A DNA stretch of 64,000 bases from an uncultured Candidatus Saccharibacteria bacterium (GTDB lineage: Bacteria > Patescibacteriota > Minisyncoccia > Phycocordibacterales > UBA6899), in contig CAZERF010000001.1 of NCBI GenBank assembly GCA_964515375.1, forward strand, positions 115,243-179,242, written 5' to 3'. Both the position numbers and the translations under genes were made by a program. This document shows positions 21,276 through 29,508 of the stretch, in pieces. Within the stretch, counting starts at the first letter, position 1. Each line of letters starts with the position of its first letter. The notes beneath the pieces were generated by a model that searched no databases, had not been told where the DNA came from, and saw only the letters and a program-made list of their open reading frames with translations.

Positions 21276-22670
21276 TCACTTTTTTGAGAGCTTTTGCCCT
21301 TCTGATGTATCACTTACAACATAGCCGAGATCCGCGATCTCGTCACGGATCCGGTCGGCGGCGGAAAAGTCTTTGCTCGCCCGAGCATTCGCTCGTGCGT
21401 TAAGGAGTGTTTGGAGCTCGGGTGTCACCTCGATCGCGTCTTTCGGAAACGGGTCAAGGAGCTTGAGTCCGAGAATAGTGTCAAATTCAGCGATCGTCAC
21501 TCTTTTTTCAGAAGGAGAGAGTTCGGTTGACCTTACGATGTCCCAGAGATGCGCGATCATCCATGACGTGTGAAGATTGCCTCCCGAGGATCGGAGGATG
21601 TTGTCTTTTTCGATTTCGGGTAATGTGACGTTGGGTTCATCAGGAAGTGTACTCGCAAATTCTCGAAGCTTGTGATACGCATGCTCCGCTCCTTCAAGGG
21701 CACTCCATGTAAAATTGATCTGCGCGTTGTAGTTTGCGGTGAGAAGCCAGTAGCGAAAGGCGAGAGGGGAGATCCCCTTTTTTGCCAGATCCGAGAGTGT
21801 GTATGTGTTCTCAAGTGATTTTGACATCTTTTGGCCTTCGACATTCATGAACGCGCTGTGCATCCAGTATCGCGCGAATGGCTTTCCTGTGGCGCATTCA
21901 CTCTGCGCGATCTCGTTCGTGTGATGAACAGGGATATGGTCGATACCCCCGGTATGGATATCAATCGTTTCGCCGAGGTAATGCATTGCCATTGCCGAAC
22001 ACTCGAGGTGCCACCCGGGGAAGCCAACCCCCCAAGGTGACGGCCATTCCTGCTCGCGTTTTCTTCCGTCACGAGGTGAGAACTTCCAAAGCGCAAAATC
22101 AGAGGGGTTTCTTTTCTCGGTATTCATTTCCACTCGCGCTCCTTCTCGCTGTTGAGAAAGGTCGAGCCTCGCCATTTTTCCATATTTCGGAAAGCGCGCA
22201 GTGTCAAAGTAGATACCGTCTGTCGTCCGGTATGTATATCCTTTTTCTTCAAGGGTTTGGATAAGCGCGATCTGCTCGGGGATATGTGCGGTCGCGCGAG
22301 GATAATGATGAGCGGGGAGAATGTTGAGGCGAGAAAGGTCCTCATGGAAGGCGGACTCGTAGAATTGAGCGATCTCTTGAGCGCTCTTTCCCTCACGGCG
22401 AGCGCCTTTTTCCATTTTGTCTTCGCCTTCATCTCCGTCGGAGACAAGGTGTCCGACGTCCGTGATATTCATTACTTGCTTCACGGTATATCCGTGATAG
22501 GTGAATGTTCTCCGAATAATATCCGCGAAGATAAAGGCGCGAAGATTTCCAATGTGCGCGAAGTTGTAGACCGTCGGACCGCAGTGATACATGGTGACGA
22601 TGTGTGGTGGGGGAGGGGTAAACTCTTCTAGTGTGCGGGTTGCGGTGTTGTGGAGTGTGATGGAGGACAT
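21276..22670 (-). CDS. cysS: Cysteinyl-tRNA synthetase
   Basis: HIGH region CGPTVYNFAHIGN, KMSKS, and a Zn-binding Cys pattern. Confidence 0.95.
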   Translation of the reverse strand: MSSITLHNTATRTLEEFTPPPPHIVTMYHCGPTVYNFAHIGNLRAFIFADIIRRTFTYHGYTVKQVMNITDVGHLVSDGDEGEDKMEKGARREGKSAQEIAQFYESAFHEDLSRLNILPAHHYPRATAHIPEQIALIQTLEEKGYTYRTTDGIYFDTARFPKYGKMARLDLSQQREGARVEMNTEKRNPSDFALWKFSPRDGRKREQEWPSPWGVGFPGWHLECSAMAMHYLGETIDIHTGGIDHIPVHHTNEIAQSECATGKPFARYWMHSAFMNVEGQKMSKSLENTYTLSDLAKKGISPLAFRYWLLTANYNAQINFTWSALEGAEHAYHKLREFASTLPDEPNVTLPEIEKDNILRSSGGNLHTSWMIAHLWDIVRSTELSPSEKRVTIAEFDTILGLKLLDPFPKDAIEVTPELQTLLNARANARASKDFSAADRIRDEIADLGYVVSDTSEGQKLSKK

Positions 22671-22702
22671 GGAAGTGGTGCCATTCTTCTATTTTATTTG
22701 TA

Positions 22703-23653
22703 TTACAACCAATGTTTGGATCGGGAATAGGTAAATACTCCAAGCGCAAGAACGGTCATGCATGAAATGACGATCCAAAATCCGTATGGGTGATGGAGGA
22801 GAGGGGTATTCGGAAAACTCATGCCAAATATCTGGCCAATGAGCGTGGAAGGAAGAACAGAGAAGGTCGTAACCGTGAGCACTTTCATGATCTCATTGGT
22901 CTTGGTGGTGAGGAGTGAATCGTTGGTGATACGAAGGTCGGAGAGGACCTCTTTGTGATCATCGAGTACTTCGTCGATTTTGTGGTATTCGCCGATGATA
23001 TCGTCAACATAGTGACGGTAATCCTTTCCAAAGAATCCTTCAGCAATTTGCGCAAGCGAGTTTAGTACATCTTTGTGAAGTCGTAGTGCGCGATGGAATT
23101 CGAGTAGATCGCGATGGATGACGGAAAGGTGAATGACCATTTCTCGTTCTTCGCCTTTGAAGATCCGTTCCTCAATGCTTCGGAGTTGTTCGGAGATAAT
23201 GGAAAGTTCATGACCCAACGAGAGATATATCTTGCGTATCATGTAGAAGAAAAGGAAGCCGGCATGGTCTCCGATCTCCGCTTTGTTCAAGATGGAATTG
23301 ACCTCAAAGACCTTTGAGAATTTGTGGAGCGGATCAAGAAGTTCATAGCGAACCGTAATGATGAACTGCTTTCCGATGATAAAGTCCACCTCCTGGCTGG
23401 GGTTCGTATGTGTGTGACGAATAGCGGGGAAATGAAGGATGAGATAGATGAAATTTTCGTAGTGGTCGACCTTTGGGCGAAGCGAGGGGTTCAAGAGTTC
23501 GTCCGCGACGATGGGGTGAATGTCGAATTCCTCCATGATTTGCCGAACTTCTTCGTGCGTTGGGCGCTCCATGTCGACCCAAACGAGATCGCGGTATTTG
23601 TAACGAGAGATCATATATTGCGTATTATACGAGCTGTTCTTTGTTTTGACCAT
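22703..23653 (-). CDS. CorA/ZntB-family divalent cation transporter
   Basis: 316 aa with two C-terminal TM helices. The signature loop is GMSFPNTP, a GMN-motif variant. Confidence 0.85.
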   Translation of the reverse strand: MVKTKNSSYNTQYMISRYKYRDLVWVDMERPTHEEVRQIMEEFDIHPIVADELLNPSLRPKVDHYENFIYLILHFPAIRHTHTNPSQEVDFIIGKQFIITVRYELLDPLHKFSKVFEVNSILNKAEIGDHAGFLFFYMIRKIYLSLGHELSIISEQLRSIEERIFKGEEREMVIHLSVIHRDLLEFHRALRLHKDVLNSLAQIAEGFFGKDYRHYVDDIIGEYHKIDEVLDDHKEVLSDLRITNDSLLTTKTNEIMKVLTVTTFSVLPSTLIGQIFGMSFPNTPLLHHPYGFWIVISCMTVLALGVFTYSRSKHWL

Positions 23654-23694
23654 GTGTATTTGTGTTTTTTTGATTCTCTGCGATAATAAAGGGA

Positions 23695-25053
23695 ATGAGA
23701 TTCTTGAACCTGCGATCCGTCGCTCGGGTGTGCCTTTGGGTCACTATCTTTTTTGTCGGTTTTTCTTTTGGGTACAACGGTCAGCCGGCGATCGGCAAGG
23801 TTTCCGGACTCACGAATCTACTCCCTGATTCGGGGTCGACCTCGCCCGCACAGCTTGGCACCTGCCTTGACGAGCGCGGTACGCAGGTACCGTGTCTTTT
23901 GGAGCGGGAAGGCGTGCACATTGTCGCCGAAGAGATCGCGGATTTCGGCCAATTTTGGGAAGTTTGGAACATCGTCAATGAAAAATACGTTCCACCCAAA
24001 GACAAAGTGATCACAAACCAAGAGAAGGTGTGGGGCGCCGCGAGTGGACTCGCGGACGCGCTTGGTGACCCGTATACCTACTTCATGCCTCCGCAAGAAA
24101 AGTCTATTTTTGAACAGGATGTCGCAGGTTCCTTTGGCGGGGTCGGTATGCAGATCGGGATCGAAGAAGGTATGTTGACTGCGACCGGACTTCTCCCCGA
24201 TTCACCCGCCGAACGCGCGGGTATTCGCAAGGGCGATAAGATCTTCCTTATCGATGGTGCGACGACAACAGAGATGACGATCGACAAGGCGCTCTACCTT
24301 ATTCGCGGAGAAGTGGGGAAGGCCGTTGAGTTGACCGTGCTTCGCGAAGAGGTCGATGAACCTATTGTGTATCGTGTCGTAAGAGAGGTCATTCAAGTTC
24401 CGACCATCGAAACAAAGAAAGACGGTGACGTTTTTATCATTAGTCTGTACGGTTTCCCTGCGACCGGTGCCGATCTGTTTCGCAATGCGCTTCGCGAGTT
24501 CGTGATCTCCGGAGCAGACAAGTTGGTTGTTGACCTTCGGGGGAATCCGGGTGGATACCTTGAGGTTGCCGTTGATATGGCAAGTTGGTTCCTTCCGCAG
24601 GGTGCTGTTGTCGTGAGCGAGGAGGATCGCGACGGTGTGGGTCGCGTTTATCGCAGTAAGGGCTACAACATCTTCAAGGAAGATTTTCATATCGTTATGC
24701 TCGTTGATGGTGGCTCCGCTTCTGCGTCTGAGATCTTGGCGGGCGCACTCGAACAACATGGCGTTGCGACACTCGTCGGAACCAAGACCTTCGGAAAGGG
24801 CTCGGTCCAAGAACTCGTTCCGGTTACCGAGGATACCGCACTCAAGGTCACTGTCGCGCGTTGGATCATGCCGAACGGCAAGAATCTCTCGTCGGGAGGT
24901 ATTGACCCTAATGTTTTGGTCGAATACACACAGGAGGATGCGGACAATGATCGTGACCCGCAACTTGAACGCGCCCTCGAGCTCATCCGCTTGGGAAAGT
25001 TCCCCCCTCGTGCGGACACCCTCGCCACTCCCGCAACCACCACGCCTCAGTAA
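23695..25053 (+). CDS. Carboxyl-terminal processing protease (S41 family, PDZ domain)
   Basis: N-terminal TM helix, PDZ domain (GGVGMQIGIEEGMLTATGLLPDSPAERAGIRKGDKI), then the S41 catalytic region (VVDLRGNPGGYL, SASASEILAGAL, KTFGKG). Confidence 0.85.
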   Translation: MRFLNLRSVARVCLWVTIFFVGFSFGYNGQPAIGKVSGLTNLLPDSGSTSPAQLGTCLDERGTQVPCLLEREGVHIVAEEIADFGQFWEVWNIVNEKYVPPKDKVITNQEKVWGAASGLADALGDPYTYFMPPQEKSIFEQDVAGSFGGVGMQIGIEEGMLTATGLLPDSPAERAGIRKGDKIFLIDGATTTEMTIDKALYLIRGEVGKAVELTVLREEVDEPIVYRVVREVIQVPTIETKKDGDVFIISLYGFPATGADLFRNALREFVISGADKLVVDLRGNPGGYLEVAVDMASWFLPQGAVVVSEEDRDGVGRVYRSKGYNIFKEDFHIVMLVDGGSASASEILAGALEQHGVATLVGTKTFGKGSVQELVPVTEDTALKVTVARWIMPNGKNLSSGGIDPNVLVEYTQEDADNDRDPQLERALELIRLGKFPPRADTLATPATTTPQ

Positions 25054-25068
25054 GGAAGAGCTATTTCC

Positions 25069-25096
25069 TTGCTATTTTGGGTGGGATCCGTATAAT
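25069..25096 (+). promoter_or_regulatory. Sigma70-like promoter upstream of rplI
   Basis: TTGCTA (25069-25074), a 16-nt spacer, then TATAAT (25091-25096). A ~70-nt leader with a GGGCC-tcat-GCCC hairpin follows. Confidence 0.45.
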
Positions 25097-25168
25097 ACGG
25101 AGCACATCTTTGACCTGTAGGGCCTCATGCCCATAAGGATGTCTTATACGAACTAAATCCGTATTACT

Positions 25169-25627
25169 ATGAAAGTAATTTTGTTAGCGGACGTGAAGAA
25201 CGTCGGCAAAAAGTTTGAGATCGTCGACGTGGCGCCCGGTTACGCGCGCAATTTCTTGCTCGCGCGAGAACTCGGCGAAGCGGTGACCAAGCAGAATGCA
25301 AAGCGTGTCGCGGAGCTCCAAAAGAAACGTGAGCTTCAAGTGTCGCGTGAGCGTGAGGCGCTTGAGAAGGCGTTTTCGGGCGTGAAGGACGCTGTGGTGA
25401 CCTTCACTCGCAATGCCAACGAAGAGGGACACCTCTACGCGGGTGTTACTGCAGAAGATATCGCGCTTGAGTTGAGCAAGAAGATCGGAGCGGAACTTCG
25501 TCCTGATCATGTTGTCCTCGAAAAGGCGATCAAGAATATCGGCGACCATAAGATCTCCGCAAAACTCGGCGAGAAGGAGGTACACTTTGTTGTCACCGTT
25601 GTCGCGGAAGGGGAAGTGACAGAATAA
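25169..25627 (+). CDS. rplI: 50S ribosomal protein L9
   Basis: MKVILLADVKNVGKKFEIVDVAPGYARNFL is the canonical L9 N-domain. Confidence 0.9.
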   Translation: MKVILLADVKNVGKKFEIVDVAPGYARNFLLARELGEAVTKQNAKRVAELQKKRELQVSREREALEKAFSGVKDAVVTFTRNANEEGHLYAGVTAEDIALELSKKIGAELRPDHVVLEKAIKNIGDHKISAKLGEKEVHFVVTVVAEGEVTE

Positions 25628-25653
25628 GCGGAACACAAATTTTGTTCAAAAAA

Positions 25654-25681
25654 ACCACCCCGCGCGGGGTGGTTTTTTTTG
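25654..25681. terminator. Bidirectional rho-independent terminator between rplI and rpmA
   Basis: ACCACCCCGCGCGGGGTGGT GC-rich hairpin is flanked by A7 and T8. Confidence 0.8.
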
Positions 25682-25699
25682 TCTTTGGAAAAGGGAAGT

Positions 25700-25975
25700 C
25701 TAGAGGGCGACGCTCGCTTCCTTCTTGGTGACGCGCTTGCCGTCGAAACGGGTCTTGCGTACGGTCCTGAAGGTGACGGTTCCCGCTTTGACCGCATAGA
25801 GCGTGTGGTCCTTTCCGACCTTTACATTCTCTCCTGCGACAATGCGTGTTCCGCGCTGACGAACGATGATATTGCCGATCTTGGCCTTCTCACCGCCGTA
25901 GAGCTTGGTGCCGAGAAACTTCGGCTGCGAGTCACTGATGTTCTTTGTAGAACCTCCCGCCTTTTTGTGTGCCAT
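25700..25975 (-). CDS. rpmA: 50S ribosomal protein L27
   Basis: [29 protein letters not shown]... is the canonical L27 sequence. It is not adjacent to rplU in this window. Confidence 0.95.
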   Translation of the reverse strand: MAHKKAGGSTKNISDSQPKFLGTKLYGGEKAKIGNIIVRQRGTRIVAGENVKVGKDHTLYAVKAGTVTFRTVRKTRFDGKRVTKKEASVAL

Positions 25976-26017
25976 GGCTGTTACCGCTAATTAATATGCT
26001 ATAATTGAGGTCCGCTC

Positions 26018-26461
26018 ATGCTAACAGAAACGTTCAAAAAAATCAAGGAATTTCTCGTTTCCACGGGTGACCTTCCCAAGGATATCTTTTTGGCTCTCCT
26101 GGTTGTTTTTGTGGGTTTTGGAGGATTTTTGATCGGTCGGATCAGCGTTGTTCTCGATGGTACACAAGGCGGGCTCAGGATCACTGAAAAGGAAGTGCGG
26201 TCCTCCGTGGTGGGTGTGGGGCAGGGGAGTGTCCTGGGGGCAGTGACGGCTTCGTCGGAGAGTTTGACGATTGGCACGAAGGAAGTCGTACCAGCGCTCA
26301 AAACAGGAGTCTATGTTGCGTCACGAAACGGGACAGTCTTCCATTTGCCGACATGCTCGGGGGCAAAACGGATCTCGGAAGCCAACAAGATATGGTTTGC
26401 GACAAAAGAAGAAGCACTTGCGAAAGGATATCGCCCCGCTGCGAATTGCAAGGGGTTGTAG
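26018..26461 (+). CDS. Hypothetical membrane-anchored protein with a C-terminal Ada-Zn-binding-like motif
   Basis: One TM helix (IFLALLVVFVGFGGFLI). The C-terminus is VFHLPTCSGAKRISEANKIWFATKEEALAKGYRPAANC, which fits the Ada N-domain-like pattern hPxC...N..F....EA...GYRP..C. Confidence 0.5.
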   Translation: MLTETFKKIKEFLVSTGDLPKDIFLALLVVFVGFGGFLIGRISVVLDGTQGGLRITEKEVRSSVVGVGQGSVLGAVTASSESLTIGTKEVVPALKTGVYVASRNGTVFHLPTCSGAKRISEANKIWFATKEEALAKGYRPAANCKGL

Positions 26462-26610
26462 GAGGGGGGGTAAGATCGTGCAAGAAGTGAGACTGCGAAA
26501 AGAGGGGTTAGGTTATAAACAAGGGGTCGCCAAAAATAAATTTTCTGGTATACTCCTTCTTGTATCTGTTTGGGAGTTTGTATCTGGTAAACATAATTTT
26601 CGGGCTATCG

Positions 26611-26645
26611 GATCGTGGTTGGGACTACATGCCATATTGGAGAGT
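26611..26645 (+). repeat. Degenerate copy of the 5' half (acceptor/D-arm/anticodon stem) of the downstream tRNA-Pro
   Basis: CGGGCTATCGGATcGTGGTtgggaCTACATGCc nearly matches tRNA positions 1-33. The sequence then diverges and lacks a matching 3' acceptor strand. Confidence 0.45.
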
Positions 26646-26695
26646 GCATGCACCCTGTTGAGCGACCACAACTTCGATGATAAAAAAGATAAGAT

Positions 26696-26766
26696 CGGGC
26701 TATCGGATAGTGGTAGTCTACATGCATGGGGTGCATGCGGCGGCAGTTCGATTCTGCCTAGCCCGA
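26696..26766 (+). tRNA. tRNA-Pro (anticodon GGG), 71 nt, CCA not encoded
   Basis: Hand-folded cloverleaf. Acceptor CGGGCTA/TAGCCCG (7 bp). D-stem GGAT/GTCT with loop AGTGGTA. Anticodon stem CATGC/GCATG with loop AtGGGGt (U33, G37). Variable loop CGGC. T-stem GGCAG/CTGCC with loop TTCGATT. Discriminator A. Confidence 0.75.
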
Positions 26767-26802
26767 CAAAAGTTCAGTCAGTAGTTTACTTCACAAAAAT
26801 GT

Positions 26803-26866
26803 CCCCATGCATGGGGGTGTCTATATTCATTACCGGGACGCCAGTTCGATTCTGTCTAGCCCGAAG
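26803..26866 (+). repeat. Degenerate copy of the 3' portion (anticodon-like hairpin, T-arm, 3' acceptor strand) of tRNA-Pro
   Basis: CCCCATGCATGGGG palindrome, then ...CCAGTTCGATTCTGtCTAGCCCGA. That stretch matches the tRNA T-loop and 3' acceptor strand with one or two changes. No 5' acceptor partner lies upstream. Confidence 0.5.
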
Positions 26867-26958
26867 CATTGGTTGTAAAAAGCGGAAAAGCAGCAAAATG
26901 CCATTTTACTGCTTCTTTGCTGAAATATTGTGCGACGTAATAGTGAGACATCGATGCT

Positions 26959-26988
26959 TTGACGGAACTTTTCTGTTCGTGGTATAAT
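26959..26988 (+). promoter_or_regulatory. Strong sigma70-like promoter for the PEBP gene
   Basis: TTGACG (26959-26964), an 18-nt spacer, then TATAAT (26983-26988). The ATG at 27023 follows a GAGTGAGG Shine-Dalgarno-like stretch. Confidence 0.55.
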
Positions 26989-27022
26989 TAAAGAGTGAGG
27001 TGAACTCGGGGCAAGCCGGTTC

Positions 27023-27544
27023 ATGTGCTCCGCGGGGATCCTTGCGATCACCATGAAGGAACATGTTACTCAAGACGCGACCACTCTTTTTGCTTTGACC
27101 AGTCCCGCATGGGGAGACGGTGGTTTTGTTCCTTCCGAATATACCTGTGACGGATTCGGCGAAAGCCCCGAACTCTTGATCTCGAATACCCCCGAAGGAA
27201 CTTCTTCTCTTGTTCTCATCATGCACGACCCAGACGTGCCTCGTGCGATACGTCCAGACGGCAATTTTGACCACTGGGTCCTCTATGATATCGATCCGAA
27301 GACGGTAATCATCCCAAGGAATACGTCGGTTGGTACTGAAGGACTGAATAGTGTGTGCAAGAAGGGTTATGTCGGACCATGTCCGCCGAACGGTGAACAT
27401 CGCTACATTTTCGATCTCTACGCACTCGATAGGAGATTGGATCTTCCTCCGCGTGCGACGCGTCGTGAAGTTGAATGCGCAATGAAATCCGTAACGGTAC
27501 TTGGCGCGGCAACACTTTTGGGGCGATATCGAAGAGGAGGGTGA
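27023..27544 (+). CDS. PEBP-family protein (YbhB/YbcL-like phosphatidylethanolamine-binding protein)
   Basis: Conserved LVLIMHDPDVPR...DHWVLYDID...GYVGPCPPNGEHRYIFDLYAL. Confidence 0.85.
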   Translation: MCSAGILAITMKEHVTQDATTLFALTSPAWGDGGFVPSEYTCDGFGESPELLISNTPEGTSSLVLIMHDPDVPRAIRPDGNFDHWVLYDIDPKTVIIPRNTSVGTEGLNSVCKKGYVGPCPPNGEHRYIFDLYALDRRLDLPPRATRREVECAMKSVTVLGAATLLGRYRRGG

Positions 27545-27938
27545 GAGTGTTTTTTTTGCCGTTTTCTGCGGTTCTTTTCCGTGACTCAATACGTCGCACA
27601 ATATATCTTTTACGACATAATACGAAAGAAGAAATGGCCTTGTGTGGCCGTAGTTATTTCTTTTTCCAAAATCGGCTTTTTTAGATTTTTCTTGTCTTGC
27701 ATTCTTTTTTCATCCACCATTCTCCTTATCTATTTTCTTGCTCGAATGTCTGTCTTCTTGATTCGATACCGTCTCGACTCGCTTCTCCTCATTGGGCATT
27801 TGATGTGATCAAAAAATATTTTCACATTTTGTTATTGCAAAGAAGATACCCGGAGAGACTCCCCTGTTGTGTCGCACAATACAGAGGCGACGCAGTCGAA
27901 AAAAGAAAGATGGAATCGAGTGGGGTTTGAGAGTGAGA

Positions 27939-28112
27939 TTACTCCGTGTGTTCGGCCGGAGTACTTGTACTTGAGTCGTGCTGAGTAGGTATCCCACGCG
28001 CACGGAGCCAGTCGGGAAAACCGCTTTCGTCGACGATCTTGCGGACATCGATATTGAAGTAATACGCCAGTGCGGCGAAGAGAATGAATGTTGCGATAAT
28101 GCGAAAGACCAT
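27939..28112 (-). CDS. Possible small membrane protein, 57 aa, below the ORF-track length cutoff
   Basis: Read by hand: MVFRIIATFILFAALAYYFNIDVRKIVDESGFPDWLRARGIPTQHDSSTSTPAEHTE*. It is a single TM helix located 49 nt downstream of the M23 peptidase gene on the same strand. Confidence 0.25.
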   Translation of the reverse strand: MVFRIIATFILFAALAYYFNIDVRKIVDESGFPDWLRARGIPTQHDSSTSTPAEHTE

Positions 28113-28161
28113 GTTCTTTGTTCTTTTATTTAATCTGCACTTAGGTGTCGTTTCTTTTCAT

Positions 28162-29508
28162 TCAAAGGTATGCCTCCGGGTCGAGGTAGCCATTCACCGG
28201 AGAAACAGGAATATGGAAGATCGCGCCCGGGCAAGATTTGCTGGGGAGGTCGACGATCTGCGTCACCGCAGAGACGAAAACAGCAAAATGGAGATGTGGG
28301 CCCGTTGCATAACCGGTCGCGCCACCATAGCCGATCACATCGCCAACCTGAACACTTTGACCTTTAGATACCTTGATAAGGTCGAGATGTGAATACATGG
28401 TCGAAAGACCGTTCTTGTGCTTGATCATGACCCAGCGACCATAGGAGGCTCCGCGGCACGCGAGATCGGTGTCGCCGAGTCCGATCACGATACCGTCTCC
28501 GGCTGTTTTGATCGGTGTCCCGACCGGAGCGCGGAAGTCGATGCCATTATGAGTTCCGGACGCATAGAGACGTACGGAGTCAACGGTGCGACCGAAACGT
28601 TGTGTGACAAAAGGTTTCTCGACCGGATAGGCAAAAACCTTTGTTCCTGCTTTGGGAATGGTGTTGGGGTCTATTTCTGCACGTAGTTGTGCCTCAAAGT
28701 CATCGATCTCTCGTTCAAACTGTGTCTTGCGTTCTTGCTTTTGCGCAAGGAGTTTCTTGTAGCTTGATTCTTGGTTCTGCGTATCTTTCAAGAGTTGGTT
28801 CTGCTCGAGACGTTTCTGGTCGGCGATCTTTTTCTGGTCGGCAAGTTGCGAATTAAGGGAGAGAAGTGTTTTTTGTTGGGTTTGGAATGATCCTTTTTGG
28901 GTACTGAGTTCATCACGTAAGCGCCGTAAGCTCTCGATACTATCGCGGATCGATGATTGAAGGCGGTTCATGTCCTCGGTATCAGCAAGGAGTTCGGAGA
29001 TGCTTTGTTTTGAAAGGACGACTTCGGTGAATGTTCGCGAACTTTCTTGGTCGATCTTGCGAATAATGTCTCGGATAAGGTCCCGATTCTTTTCGATCCT
29101 GATCTGATTGATGTCGATGTTGTCGCTGAGCTCTGTGATCTTGCTGTTGGTCTGCGCGATACGGGCTTGAGTCAATTTGACATCAGTCGCAAGTTTTGCT
29201 CGGGTGAGGTCGATGGTCTTGATCTCGTTTTGGAGGGTTTTTTTCTGATTGCCCACATCGACGAGCCGTTCTTGGTACGCCGCGATCTCGGACTCAAGTT
29301 TTTTGATCTCGTCTTGATGATTGGTGATATTTTGCTGAAGTTCAACGGCACGCTCAGTGAGCGTCGATGGTGTTGACAATATATTTTTTATGTTTTCTTT
29401 TTGATCTTGCGGGTTGCCTTCATTCGCAATGACGGTGCGCGCAAAGAGCATTCCCGCGATCAGGAAGAGAGTGAGTGTGTAGTAATGGAGGAATTCATGG
29501 TGTTTCAT
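28162..29508 (-). CDS. M23-family metallopeptidase with N-terminal coiled coil (EnvC/LytM-like murein hydrolase or activator)
   Basis: The likely start is MKHHEFLHYYTLTLFLIAGMLF (a signal/TM segment) at 29508; the track ORF extends to 29895 through an Arg/Ser-rich stretch that overlaps gltX. The LytM domain carries GIDF, HLDLIKV and GPHLHFAVF. Confidence 0.85.
   Translation of the reverse strand: MKHHEFLHYYTLTLFLIAGMLFARTVIANEGNPQDQKENIKNILSTPSTLTERAVELQQNITNHQDEIKKLESEIAAYQERLVDVGNQKKTLQNEIKTIDLTRAKLATDVKLTQARIAQTNSKITELSDNIDINQIRIEKNRDLIRDIIRKIDQESSRTFTEVVLSKQSISELLADTEDMNRLQSSIRDSIESLRRLRDELSTQKGSFQTQQKTLLSLNSQLADQKKIADQKRLEQNQLLKDTQNQESSYKKLLAQKQERKTQFEREIDDFEAQLRAEIDPNTIPKAGTKVFAYPVEKPFVTQRFGRTVDSVRLYASGTHNGIDFRAPVGTPIKTAGDGIVIGLGDTDLACRGASYGRWVMIKHKNGLSTMYSHLDLIKVSKGQSVQVGDVIGYGGATGYATGPHLHFAVFVSAVTQIVDLPSKSCPGAIFHIPVSPVNGYLDPEAYL

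Noticed and set aside
26271-26987. 238-aa ORF spanning the tRNA-Pro locus
   Set aside because: It runs straight through a well-folding tRNA and its half-copies. The composition is odd, with many Cys/Arg/Gly.
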